DNA from: Lama glama
Lineage: Eukaryota
Direction of reading: 5' to 3'
Length of the DNA: 64,000 nucleotides
Assembly: GCA_028534125.1 (NCBI GenBank)
Contig: CM052818.1
Span: forward strand, 3,226,001-3,290,000
Shown here: positions 49,879 to 62,560 of the stretch, piece by piece
How positions within the stretch are numbered: the first letter of the stretch is position 1
Layout of the letters: the number at the start of each line of letters is the position of its first letter
Position numbers and translations under genes: made by a program
Notes under the pieces: generated by a model
Databases searched by the model: none
The model's input: the letters and a program-made list of their open reading frames with translations, nothing else
What the model was told of the DNA's origin: nothing

Positions 49879-51223
49879 GCAGTTCTTTAATGTTTTGATC
49901 CCAGGGCCCTTTTATGCTCTAAAAATTACTGAGCACTTCAAAAACTTTTATTTATGTGGTTTATAGCCATAGATATTTAACCATAGTACCAATATGGAAA
50001 CAAATGTTAGAAACTAAGGCTTTAAATGTAGTTAATTATTTTGAAGTAATAGTAATACATCCTTTACATGTTAACATACTTTTTATTAAAAATATGTTTT
50101 CTAAAAGAAAAAAATTAGAAAAGTTGTGTTGTCGTACAGTTTTGCAAACCTCTTTAGTGACTGACTTAATAGAAGACCGCTGGATGCTCATACCTGCTTC
50201 TGTATTCAGTCTGTCATGATAGGTTGCCTTGGTTGGAGTAGATGAATAAAATCTGGCTTTATCCAGATTTGTAGTTGGAAAAAGTAGGAGTATTTTAATA
50301 GCTTTTTCAGATATTTGTGAATATCTTTTTTGACACGTCACTAAAATTGGACAAACGTGTCAGTTTCTGAAAGATTAGTTGCAGTGTGAGATCTGAAGCC
50401 ATATCAGTGAATTTCTCATACTCAGCTATATTAAATTTCATTGGTCTTTCTTGGATTTTGAATGGATCTTTTATTCATGCTTATTATTTTTAACATCGTG
50501 CATTGGTCATTTGGAAAATAATGGCTAAGTGATTCACGCAGATCTCCCAAATGTAGACACATTTCAGTTCATAATATCACATTTGTTAACATTACGACTG
50601 TTTCACCAGCAAAATCTTTAGATATTGGGAGGCTGTCAAGCTCATTCTAATTTTCACTTGATGGCTCAAATTTTATCACTGGCAAAAAATGCTATCAGTT
50701 GTTTTTCTTGATTTGACAGACTAACTTCATTCATTTTCAAGAAAATGTCTGCCAGATACCCGTCTCAATAATCATAGTTTGTCAATCGTTCTTTCTAATA
50801 AAAATGATGTTTCATGAAAAAAGCAAGTAGTTCACCTCTCAAAGCAAACAGTCCCGTAAATGCATTCAGTACATCAGTGTGCAGCAGAAGTGCTTCACAG
50901 GCTAGTGACAAGATGTGCACTCAAGGGTCACATTTTAATAAAATTAATAGTTATTGCTCCATTATAGACATTCTTATGTGATGACAGCCTTTTTGTTAAA
51001 ACGTAAGTGCTTGGGGATGAAGAATATGGCTTCGTTGATTTGTGTTAAGGCCCCAGCAGTTTTATCCACTGTTGCTTTTGTATTATCAGTGCAAATGTCA
51101 ACAAAGTGAATACTGCAAAAAAGACATGGTATTATTATAAAAATGTCCTTTACCTCTCAGACCACCCCGGAATAGTCTTGGGAACCCCTCAGGAATCCAA
51201 AGATCATAATTTAAGAGCCATTG
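49879..51223 (-). mobile_element. Charlie1-like hAT DNA transposon fossil
   Basis: ORF 50036-50341 (-) YSQISEKAIKILLLFPTT...RLNTEAGMSIQRSSIK resembles the C-terminal dimerisation region of Charlie/Buster hAT transposases. Termini resemble CAG.GGTTCT inverted ends. Confidence 0.85.
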
Positions 51224-51369
51224 ATGTATGTGATCATGGGCAAAAATAGCTTGTGGGCGCGAGCACCTGTCAGTCTCCCCGGGCCTCGTTTCTCAACTGT
51301 AAGAGGGCGTGGGTAGATCCTCAGTTTCTCCGCACTGTTGGACCCTGTTCGCTTGTCCTTGAAGCCACT

Positions 51370-52790
51370 TCTCCCCCAGTAACTGTGCTGCTGCCCTCTT
51401 TTCTCCCTCCCTTTCTCATGTCTCCTTTTCTCCCCATAGCTCCTCCTCTGCCCCTTCAGCCAGTCTTCTAGGTGGGAGTCTCCTTGTTTCACCTCCCCCT
51501 TTGCTTCCTGGGTGATCTCCCCTCCCTGGTCTTTAACCATCACCTACCTGCAGGCTGACAGCTCCCAAATCTCTGTTTTTAGTCCAGATGTCTGTCCTGG
51601 GCTCCAGGTCTGTGATTCCAGCTGCCCCTAGTACCTCTCCATCTGTATGCCTTATAGGCATGTCAACAGGTCAGCAGTTTAGAAACTGATTTCATCATCT
51701 TCCACCGCACATTGCCTTCTTTTCCCGAATAGCCAGCCTTGGTTAATCCTTCAGCCACTCAACTGCTTAAGCCAGAAGCCTAGGAGCCCTGCTCCCCTTA
51801 CCTGGCCCCATTACTTCCATCATCTAACCACCCAGGCCTATCAGTTCTGCCTCCTAAGTATTTTCCCAATCACTCCCTGCTCTCAGGTTCCACCACCACT
51901 GCCTTGGACCAGGCCCTCATCGTCTCTTACTCAAACTATTGCAGGAACTTTCTCCCTGGTCCCCATGCTCCCTTTCCAACCTCTACTCTGTAGCTTAGGC
52001 TGGAAACCACAAGAGTTATCTTCTCACAGGGTTGTTTTTTTTTCCCATTAAATAAATCCATATTGTGTACTTACACCAGACACTGTGCAGGGTGCAAGAC
52101 TTACAACATAGAACACGTAGCCTCTGTCCTCCAGCACTCATAGTGTATAAAGAGAGAAAACAATCCAGGACACAGGTAATCAGGACACAGTGTGATAGGG
52201 AGAAATTGGGGGATGCTTGGGAAGGCCTAGAAACCTTAGCTGAGGGTTAGCTGAGTCCAAGGGGTGGCCAGGGAACACTTCCTGGAGGAAGCAACAGACT
52301 GCACATCTGGGTAAGAGTTAGCCAGGAGTGATCTGGGACTGTGGTGGTGAAAAAGCTTTCCTGGTAATTTGATTATCTCATTTCCCTGCTTAAAGCACCC
52401 TCTGAGCTTCACCACTGTCTACAGGATAAAGTCCAGATTCCTTACCATGGAACACAACCTTTGTGGCCTCATCTACCATTCCCCTGTATTCAACCTGAGT
52501 TGCTTTCAGTTCCCCCAAACCCTGGCTCCCTCCCTCCCAGCTCCCGGCCTTTGTACACACGATTCCTCCTGCCCTCCACCCTTCCCACCCACTCTGAGTG
52601 ACCAACGTCAGCTGACTCAGGAGACCTTCCTTGACCTCTCCTGTATAGACTTTGTGGCTCCATCTCCTGTGGTCCCCACCTGTGTACACACCTAGACTCC
52701 TATACATTCATCACATCATTGTATGTCTCTGGCTCTTGCTCCTACCTGCCAGTGCAGGATCCCAGGTACCTGCCTAGTTGCCACTCGCTC
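51370..52790. mobile_element. L2 fragments (both orientations)
   Basis: GCTGACAGCTCCCAAATCT, ACCACCACTGCCTTGGACCAGGCCCTCATC, TACAGGATAAAGTCCAGATTCCTTA. Reverse L2 piece at ~52045-52360. Confidence 0.65.
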
Positions 52791-53370
52791 ACCTTGTGAG
52801 CATTTTAGGCATCCCCAGGGTGTGTGTGTCTCCCATGTGCTGGTGGGTAAGGTGAGTCAGCTTAATCCTCTCCCCCCACCCCCAGCTGTCTTCTCCCCTC
52901 TTCCAGCTCTGCAGCCTCCCTTTGCCCCTGCCACACCCCATGGAGCAGTCAGTTCTGTTGGGACATTGCAACACCCATCAGGCACCCCACACCTGCTAGG
53001 AGCCAGACATTCCCATTGGCATGAGGTCAGCCAGCTTCACTATAAGAGCAGGGCTACGGGGCTCTGGTGCCCCATTGCCTTATAGAGCCATGGGGTTTGG
53101 CTGCACAAATACATCTAAGTCACAGCTGCCACCCTAGCTCAGAATTAACTCCTTCTTTCCATGAAGCAAAGCTTTGTCCCTGGGTCAGCTCATTGTACCT
53201 GTCTCCTTCTTTCAGAAAATAGTCTTTTCCAATAGGCCTCCCAACCCTCATGCAGCTATGCTCCCAATGGTCTGCCCACTAGTGGGCTAGACTCGTGTGA
53301 CCTGCGTTGCCTTCCATCTCCAGCCTGGAGGCAAAAAATGTACGGATATGTATTTATTTAAAATAATAGA

Positions 53371-53495
53371 GAGGGAGGGTATAGCTCAGTGGTAGATTGC
53401 TTGCATAGCACGCAAGAGGTCCTGGGTTCAATCCCCAGTACCTCCATTAAAAAAAAATACATAATTATCTCCCCACCCCCCAATTTTTTTTAAAC
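53371..53495 (+). mobile_element. tRNA-derived SINE, vic-1-like
   Basis: GGGAGGGTATAGCTCAGTGGTAGA...GAGGTCCTGGGTTCAATCCCCAGTACCTCCATTAAAA. Confidence 0.92.
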
Positions 53496-54914
53496 AGGTT
53501 ATATAAGACTGAACACAGCTTCATCATTAAAAAATGCAAGCATAAAGAAATACATAGAATAAAAAGGTAAATCTCCCCTTCCATCCCTCCCATTGTATCT
53601 CAAAGCTTACATTACTGATAGGTACTGGTTGATTAATTATTTGGTGGAAATGTTCAGACTTTTTTTCCTCTGCATTTACACATATCTGTGGCTGGCATAA
53701 TATTTGAGAAACTAACCTCTTTTTCCCTCCCTGGATTTTCCCCTTTTCCACTTTCACATTCATGGAGCTTATTTCCTCTTGAGCCAGCTCCCCAGTTTAG
53801 AAAATGGAATCACCCTTCAGGTGCCTCTGGTTTTTCTGTGTCAAAAGCTTACACACTTAAGGAATCTGCAGGATTTGCAGAATAGCTCATCAAAGAAAAA
53901 GAATTCTCTTGCACAGGCTGAATGCCTTGACTAGCAACAAGATAGAAGAAGGATTTTACCTGAAGTGAGAAAACCCCTAGCCCTTTGCAGCCTTCCCTTC
54001 CCAGACTGGTTGGGGGTAGGAGACACAGGGGAGAAAAATCTGTGGTCTCCAGAGTCCCTTTCTGGCAGCTCTCCTGGGCAGGCAGGAGTAAGACCTCAGA
54101 GAGCCGTGGTCACATGGTGGGGCAAGGCTAGGGGACACGGCAGCCTGGTCCAAGATTCGTCGCTGCCCATAGTGGCACTCAGCAGTGGAGGCTGCTAAAC
54201 CTGGCCTCAGCCAGCTTCACAGCCACCTCCTGTGTTCCGTGTCTGGCCCTTCTCAGTGTTCAGACACTCCTGGAATTAAGTTGCCTGTTGTCAGGAAGGA
54301 AGCCTGCCGTAAACATTGAGTTGTGTTACAGAAACAAGTTTGGCTTCTTGCACACCTGAAGTTGTGACCTGAGGTCCATTCCTGTGGCTTGTGCTATTCA
54401 TATTTTGCCACTTATGAAAAAGATTTCATAATACATCTTGGAGATGTTTCCATAGACATAGAGATAGATTTATCTTATTCTTTTTTTTTAAAAAAAAGTA
54501 TTTTTAAAAGAATACATGCTCATAGCCAGAAATGCCAATACCAAAGGAGAAAGCAAAAGTTCTCCAGTCCTCCACTCCCACTCCCTAGGTGTAACTGTTG
54601 CTCACAGGTTCTTGAATGTTCTTCTAGAAATTTTTTTTGCAGAAAAAGGCATGCATCTATTTCTAAATAGCTCTTTTTATACATGAATAGTCTCAAACCA
54701 CATATACTTATCTGAAACTCATTTGACTGTTTTAACAATTTGACCTTTATTGTGAAATACATTCTATTACTTAAGTAGATGTAGTTCGATTTTATTTCTT
54801 TCAGTGATGCCCAGTATTCCATAGAATGGATATGCCACATGTGTTTAACCAAGTGATTGGCATAAGTTTTCGTATTTCTAGCTATCACCAATTAAGGGCA
54901 CAGTGAAAATACTA

Positions 54915-55125
54915 ATAGCTAGCATTTGTTGATCACAGACGTCGTGCTTTGCATGTAGTATGTCATATAACCCTTGTAACAACCCAATGAGATAGGCCTT
55001 GTTATTGCCCCTGCTTCACAAAGGGACTAAGTCACAAAGAGGTCAGTAACTTTCCCATGGTCACATATCTGGTAGGTGGGAGATCTGGAATTTGAACCAT
55101 GCGTCAGGTTCTAAACTCTAGATAC
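54915..55125 (-). mobile_element. MIR SINE inside old L1 sequence
   Basis: AACAACCCAATGAGATAGG...GTAACTTTCCCATGGTCACATA...GGAATTTGAACC. Confidence 0.75.
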
Positions 55126-55791
55126 AGCCCAGCCCCTGTGTATATGCTGTGCACCTGTGCTAATATATCCATCGAATACATTTGTAGCAGTGCAACTGCT
55201 GGGTCAAAATCAGTGCGTGTTACACTTTAGTAGTGGTTAGGAGTTTATTTTATGAAAAGAGCAGTGTGCTTCTTAATCACGTACGGAGCCCACTTGTTTC
55301 CTGAGAAGAGAGCGGCCACACCTCTTGTGCCCAGAAACCTCACTGGATAAGGGTGTTTTCTCTGCAGTGACTGGGCATCAGCTCTGCGTCCTGTCTGGAC
55401 TTCTCCTCTATGGGCTGGACTGGGCTCTCAGGAGTCTTGATAACCTTGCTCATGCCCTCTACCTCAGGTCGCAGCCACAGGCCGCCAAAGAAGTCTGCCT
55501 CGAGACTCCTTTTCTCTCTGCACCTTCTTGGTCTCTCAAGGGTGAGGGTACTTCCCAGCTAGAAGACTGCCTGGACTCCAGTTTCCCATTCCATCTTCAG
55601 GAAGAGAAAATGATAGCCACCTAGAGAAACATAGCTGGCCACTCTTTCCTTCCCCACATGCAACTCCTTCAGATAACTGCAAGGGGGCATCAGTGTGGGA
55701 CTTCCAGGCCCGGATCCACACCTGCACATAGGTGGGAGGTTAGAGTGTGTGGCATGGCTTCTCTGTGGCTGTGACTTTTATAGGACTGTAT

Positions 55792-56032
55792 CAGTGGGTC
55801 TCAAACAGGGGCAATTTTGCCCCCACCCACACCAGCAGGGGACATTTAACAATGTTTGGGGATGTTTTTGGTTGTCACATCTTGGTGCAGGGGGTGAGGT
55901 GGGGTGTGCTGCTGGCATCTAGTGAGTAGAAAGAGGTCAAAGATGCTGCTAAACATCCTACAGTGCACAGGACAGCTGCTCACAACAGTTATCCAGCCCA
56001 AGAATTGAATAGTGTTGAGGTTGAGAAATCTT
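55792..56032. mobile_element. MER20 (hAT-Charlie) element
   Basis: CAGTGGGTCTCAAACAGGGGCAATTTTGCCCCC...GATGCTGCTAAACATCCTACAGTGCACAGGACAG...GAGGTTGAGAAATCTTG. Confidence 0.9.
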
Positions 56033-56409
56033 GGGCTACAGAAGAGCAGACAGTGCCCAGCACATGGCTGTCACCATGACACACTCTACTTTTGTTAACA
56101 GTGACAAACGCTTATGTCTTGGTTCACCTGTGGCTTGCCACTGTTTTAAGTGGTTTACACCCATTAATTCCACCATACCATCCCATTTTACAGATGAGGA
56201 AGCTGAGACATGGAGCTGTAAAGTACCTAACTCAGGGTTCCCGTGGTGGCAGTCTAAGCTTGGCCTCTCACAGGGTTCAAGGCAAGTGCTCCAGGACTTC
56301 TCTGCTGCTTCAGGAACCTTGGGAGCACCAGGGATTGTTTATATCAATACAAAGAGAAAGAAAGAACAAAGCAGTGACAGGTCTTCTCTATGATTCTGAC
56401 ACCTCTGTT

Positions 56410-57233
56410 TCTTTCTTTTTTTTAAATTTAAATTTTAAAAAATTGAAGTTTAATTTATTTACAGTGTTGTGTTACTTCCTGGTGTACAGCATAGTGATTC
56501 AGTTATACATATATATATTCTTTTTCATATTCTTTTTTCACTATGGGTTATTATAGTAGTTCCCTGTCTATATATTAGGACCTTGTTGTTTATCTGTTTT
56601 ATATATAATAGTTTGTATCTGCTAATCCCAAACTCCTAATTTATCCCTACCCTCGTCTTTCCCCTTTGGTAACCATAAGTTTGTTTACTATGAGTTTGTC
56701 TTCTATGAGTGTCTTGTTTTCTGTCTCTGTTTTGTGAATAAGTTCATTTGTATCATTTTTTTAGATTCTACTTGATACCATATGTATTTGTCTTTTTCTT
56801 TCTGATTTAACTTCAGTTAGTATGATAATCTCTAGGTCCATCTATGTTGCTGCAAATGGCACCATTTCATTATTTTTTATGGCTGAGTAGTATTCCATTG
56901 TGTTTTATCCAGTCATTTGTCAGTGGATATTTAGGTTGCTTCCCTGTCTTGGCTGTTATAAATAGTGCTGCTGTGAACATTGGAGTGCATGTATCTTTTT
57001 GAATTCGTTTTCTCTGGATAGATGCCTAGGAGTGGATTGCTGGATCACAGGGTAAGGCTATTTTCAGTTTTTTAGGGCATCTCCATACTGTTTTCCATAG
57101 TGGTTGTACCAATTTACATTCCCACCAGCAGTGTAGGAGGGTTCCCTTTTCTCCACCCGCTCCAGCATTTATTGGTTGTGGACTTTTTAATGATAGCCAT
57201 TCTGATTGGTGATACGCCATTGTAGTTTTTAAT
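56410..57233 (-). mobile_element. 5'-truncated L1
   Basis: L1 3' end plus ORF2 remnant (ORF 57026-57289: [24 protein letters not shown]). Confidence 0.9.
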
Positions 57234-57947
57234 ATATATATTAAATAAATACAAATATATAAAAAGTATATAATATTTTTAAGGTACAATCTTTTATTTA
57301 TTTATTTTTTGAAATACCATCAGTTATAATGTGTCAGTTTCTGGTGTATAGCACAATGTCCCAGACATACATTAATATATATATTTTTATTAAAGTATAG
57401 TCAATTTACAGTGTGTCAATTTCTAGTGTACAGCATAATGCTTCAGTAGTACATGAACATACATATATTTGCTTCCATATTCTTTTTCACCATAAGTTAC
57501 TGCAAGGTTTTGAATATAGTTCCCTGTGCCATACAGTATGAACTTGTTATTTATCTATTTTGTTTGTATTAATTAGTATCTGCAAATCTCAAACTCCCAA
57601 TTTATCCCTTCCCACCCTCTTCCCCCACCGGTAACCATAAGTTTTTTTTCTATGTCTGTGAATCTGTTTCTGTTTTATAAATAAGTTTGTATGTCTTTTT
57701 TTTTTTTTTTTTTAGATTCTACATATAAGTGACATCATATGGTATTTTTCTTTCTCTTTCTGGCTTACTTCACTTAGAATGACAATCTCCAGGTCCATCC
57801 ATGTTGCTGCAAATAGCATTTTATTATTTTTATGGCTGAGTAGTATTCCACTGTATAAATATACCACAGCTTCTTTATTCAGTCATCTGTCGATGAATGT
57901 TTAGGTTGTTTCCATGTCTTGGCTATTGTAAATAGTGCTGCTGTGAA

Positions 57948-59057
57948 TCAAAACTACAATGAGGTATCACCTCACACCAGTCAGAATGGCCGTCATTCAA
58001 AAATCCAAAAATGACAAATGCTGGAGAGGCTGTGGAGAAAGGGGAACCCTCCTACACTGCTGGTGGGAATGCAGTTTGGTGCAGCCACTATGGAAAACAG
58101 TGTGGAGATTCCTCAAAAGACTAGCAATAGACTTACCATATGACCCAGGAATCCCACTCCTGGGCTTGTACCCAGAAGGAAATCTACTTCAGGATGACAC
58201 CTACACCCCAATGTTCATAGCAGCACTATTTACAATAGCCAAAACATGGAAACAACCTAAATGTCCATCAACAGGTGACTGGATAAAGAAGATGTGGTAT
58301 ATTTATACAATGGAATNNNNNNNNNNNNNNNNNNNNNNNNNNNNNNNNNNNNNNNNNNNNNNNNNNNNNNNNNNNNNNNNNNNNNNNNNNNNNNNNNNNN
58401 NNNNNNNNNNNNNNNNNNNNNNNNNNNNNNNNNNNNNNNNNNNNNNNNNNNNNNNNNNNNNNNNNNNNNNNNNNNNNNNNNNNNNNNNNNNNNNNNNNNN
58501 NNNNNNNNNNNNNNNNNNNNNNNNNNNNNNNNNNNNNNNNNNNNNNNNNNNNNNNNNNNNNNNNNNNNNNNNNNNNNNNNNNNNNNNNNNNNNNNNNNNN
58601 NNNNNNNNNNNNNNNNNNNNNNNNNNNNNNNNNNNNNNNNNNNNNNNNNNNNNNNNNNNNNNNNNNNNNNNNNNNNNNNNNNNNNNNNNNNNNNNNNNNN
58701 NNNNNNNNNNNNNNNNNNNNNNNNNNNNNNNNNNNNNNNNNNNNNNNNNNNNNNNNNNNNNNNNNNNNNNNNNNNNNNNNNNNNNNNNNNNNNNNNNNNN
58801 NNNNNNNNNNNNNNNNGGGGGGGGGCGGGGTAGAGGGTGGGAAGGGATAGACTGGGATTTCAAAATTGTAGAATAGATAAACAAGATTACACCGTATAGC
58901 ACAGGGAAATATACACAAAATGTTATGATAAATCACAGAGAAAAAAATGTGACAGTGAGTGTGTATATGTCCATGAATGACTGAAAAATTGTGCTGAACA
59001 GTGGAATTTGACACAACACTGTAAAACAATTATGAATCAATTAAAAATGTAAAAAAA
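57948..59057 (+). mobile_element. young 5'-truncated L1 (ORF2 C-terminus, 3'UTR, poly-A)
   Basis: Open frame from 57959 up to the gap, including the CCHC motif [19 protein letters not shown]-rich 3'UTR and A tail. 18-bp TSD AAATAGTGCTGCTGTGAA at 57930-57947 / 59058-59075. Confidence 0.93.
58317..58816. other. assembly gap (500 N)
   Basis: Run of N. Confidence 1.
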
Positions 59058-60373
59058 AAATAGTGCTGCTGTGAACATTGGGGTACATGTATCTTTTTGA
59101 ATTAAGGTTCCCTCTGGATATATGCCGAAGAGTGGGATTGCTGGGTCATATGGTAAATCTATTTTTAGTCTTTTGAGGAATCTCCATACTGTTTTCCATA
59201 ACGGCTGCACAAAACTGCATTCCCACCAACATGTGGGAGGGTTTCCTTTTCTCCACAGTCTCTCCAGCATTTATCATTTGTGGACTTTTGAATAATGGCC
59301 ATTCTGACTGGTGTGAAGTGATATCTCACTGTAATTTTGATTTTCATTTCTCTAATAATTAGTGATATTGAGCATCTTTTCATGTGCCTATTGGCCATCT
59401 GTATGTCTTCTTTACAGAAATGCCTGTTTAGATCTTCTACCCATTTTTTGGATTGGGTTGTTTGTTTTTTGTTATTGAATTGTATGAGCTGTTTGTATAT
59501 TCTGGAAATTAAGCCCTTGTCAGTTAAGCCATTTGCATGACTCCTCCATCTCTGATGGCTTGTGTATTTTTTTCTTCAGAGGGTTTAACTGAAGTGAGTG
59601 CTGGTTGCAGAGATTATAGACAACCATGAAAATGCACTTGTTGAGTTTGCACGAAACATCCTCATGTCACTCCTATAGTGGTCTAAGTCTTAGGGCTCTT
59701 TCAGCCTCTGGGCCTATAGGCTGGGTTGCTTGGGTAATAAATTTGCTTAGACTTGAGAGCAAACTTTATCATCCAGGAAGACAAGGAGGAGCTGGTGAGT
59801 CAGGTTTGGGACACCAGGGGCACAGGCTGTTCTGACTGGGCCCATAGTTTGGATGAAGGGGGTGCCTCTCCACAGGACACCTCCAGTAGCCAAGATGGGA
59901 AGTTGTAAATGAGGTGAGGATGGAGGAAGAAGTGGGAAGGGATCTGTTGGATCAAAGCCAACTTCACACCGGAGGAAATACTTACTAATTATAGGATGCC
60001 GTAAGATTGGCTTTGCCTCTGAGTGTGGGAGCAGTAACTTGTGCTTTAAACAAACAGCCCCATCACTGAACAGGAATTAGCAGCAACAATAGACATCTTC
60101 ACAGGACCAGACTGACAAGTGGCCCACAACACACAGCCTCAAGCCTGGCCTGGACCAGGGCTTGGATGGAAGCAACACCTGGGAAGCCAGCCAGCCCATG
60201 CTTGGGCAGCCCACAGAGGTATCAGCACAGAAGTGACGCATTCATTCTTAGGCCATTTGCTGAAAACTTGTTATGTGCTGTGCACTGAGAGGAACACAAA
60301 AGAAACGTAAGACACAGGCCATACCCACAGTCAAGAGAATTGAGGAGACAAGTTTATGATTGAAAAATTAAAA

Positions 60374-60722
60374 CAGTAGCACATACCAGGGGATTGGTTC
60401 CAGGAGTCTCCCTGGCCCCCGCCCTCCTTCTCGCCAACAGATACCAGAATTTGTGGATGCTCAAGTCCCCTATATAAAATGGTGTAGTATTTGCATATAA
60501 CCTATGCACATCCTCCTGTGTACTTTAAATCATCTCTAGATTACTTAAAACACCTAATACAATGTAAATGTTATGTAAATAGTTCTAAGTGTAATGTCAG
60601 TAAATCATTGCCAGCAAGGGGGAAATTCAAGTTTTGCTTTTTGGAACTTTATGGAATCTTTTTTTCTTGAATATTTTCAATCCTTGGCTTGTTGAATTCG
60701 AGGATATGGAGGCCCAACTGTA
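60374..60722. mobile_element. MER2-family (TcMar-Tigger) element
   Basis: GGGGATTGGTTCCAGGA...GGATGCTCAAGTCCCCTATATAAAATGG...TACTTTAAATCATCTCTAGATTAC...GGAGGCCCAACTGTA. Confidence 0.9.
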
Positions 60723-60879
60723 TATTATGTGTAAGGAATGCGGATGCTCAGAGCCAAATGAGAATTCTGGACCAGGTGATAGAAGGGAGGGAGGTCTGTA
60801 CCACACTGGGGTGTTTCTTGTAAAATAAAGGAAACACAAAGAAGGATAAAGAACAAAATTAAAAATCATACTAATAACA

Positions 60880-62560
60880 CTTGTCAGGAATATATTGTTA
60901 CTGTTTTGGTTACATCCTTAAAGATCTTTTTTCTGCACATGTATATGGATATATACACACATACACACTTCATTACATAAATGGGTTCATATGTTCATAT
61001 GGTACATACTTGTTCTGTGACTTGCTTTTTATACTTAGCAATAAGTTGCGAACAGTTTTCCTTGTCAGTAAATACAGTTATGATCTCTCATATTTCACCT
61101 TGTACCTACCATGATTTAACTAATCCCTGGTTATTGTCCCTTTAGGTTACTGACAGTTGTGGCCTATGTATAACACTCTGTGCACATCCTTATTTTTGTC
61201 CTTAGGTTGTAGTCTTTAAGCAGAATTGTTAGATCAAAGAATATGTACACTTTCAGAGACTTTGATACGTATTGCCTAGTTGCCTTTCAGAAAGGATACA
61301 TTAACTTAGGCTCTCTAGTCCTACCACAGTGTCTCTTTCACTGCATCCTTCTCAACACTAGGTGATATTATTATTTTTTAAATTGCAAATTTGATAAGCA
61401 AAATAGTGTTTCGTTTCATTGTTACTGCTTTATTTTTCTTTTCCTTATTATTGTTTTATTACTTGGACTTTTTTTTATAGGCCAGTTAATCATTGGTAAT
61501 TCTCTTTTGGCAGATTTTTTTTAAGTGCTTTATCTAGTTTTCTATTGGCATTTTTTTTCCGTTTCGTTGGTGTAGTATTTTATTATTATTTAGTCTGGTT
61601 TATTCTTTTTGTCATTGATTTCTAAGAGTACTCGATGTACATTCAGACTATGACCTCTTTGTCTTTTTTATGTTACAAATATTTTATCTTAGATTGTCAT
61701 TTGCCATTTAGTTTTGTCCACTATTTAAGCATTTGTAAAACTAAAATGTCCTTATGATCAAGGTAGTCTTTCTAGACCACTGGGCTGGAGGTGGCCGTGA
61801 CTAGAAGCAGCGAGGCCCATTGTGGCCCCTGCACTGGTACCAAGGTGGCAAGACGACAGCCACCCTCAGGGCCAGGCTGGAGAGGATTAAACTGTGCAGT
61901 TCAAGACAGAGTAGAGGTGGCATAAGTGAAGAAGGAGGATAGAGGAGTCTGGGTGACTCACAGAGTGCTGACCAGTATGACGGAGTGAGCAGGTGGAGAG
62001 TGAGCCAGAGTCGGGAATACGGCTGCAGGAGGGCTTGTGGGGGCAGGGGCAGATTGCTGTAATTCCCCTAGGGATTGTCTGTGGAGGCTCCTGATGGAGA
62101 CAACTCTTTGGTATTTGGGTCTCTAGGCCTGTCCTGTTTCTGTCTTGGTGTCAGGCTCAGAGAGTTTTTCTGCTGCAGAATTATAAATGTACATCAGTTT
62201 TCTCTTAATACTTTAAAAGTTTCATCTTTTTGTTTTTTAGGATTTTTTTTAACATTTAAATTTTAATCTAGAAGGAATTTATTGTATTTTGGTGAATTGT
62301 GAGTTAAAGATTTAACTTTGTTTTCCTGAAGTACTAATGATTAAAATACCTATCCTTGCCTTCCTGCTCTGAAACAACACCTGTATCTTACAGTGTATAT
62401 CCATGTACATACCCAAGTCTGCTCGAGGATTCTCTCATGTGTTCCAGTGCATTGTCTGTTTCTACACCAGCACCGTGTGTTCTGGTCACATTTTCTTTAA
62501 AGATATCTAACAGGTGCCAGGGTGAGGTGTACTTTACCTTAGAATTTTCTTTGCTTTTCT
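60880..62560 (-). mobile_element. old L1ME-like sequence, interrupted at ~61770-62200
   Basis: T-rich. TTTGATACGTATTGCCTAGTTGCCTTTCAGAAAGG, TTTCTAAGAGTACTC, TCTACACCAGCACCGTGTG. Confidence 0.55.

Larger units (their letters stand above)
57385..59537 (-). mobile_element. L1 (host), split by a younger L1; arms 57385-57947 and 59058-59537
   Basis: The sequence is continuous across the insertion once one TSD copy is removed. ORF2 remnants [21 protein letters not shown]... and [32 protein letters not shown]. Confidence 0.9.

Noticed and set aside
53371..53445. tRNA gene-like sequence (also at the other four SINEs)
   Set aside because: A/B boxes are present, but with a SINE tail and dispersed diverged copies. 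These are SINE heads, not tRNA genes.
58268..59029. Long ORFs of 179-305 aa
   Set aside because: Their length is an artefact of translating through 500 N. Only the L1 ORF2 part before the gap is real.
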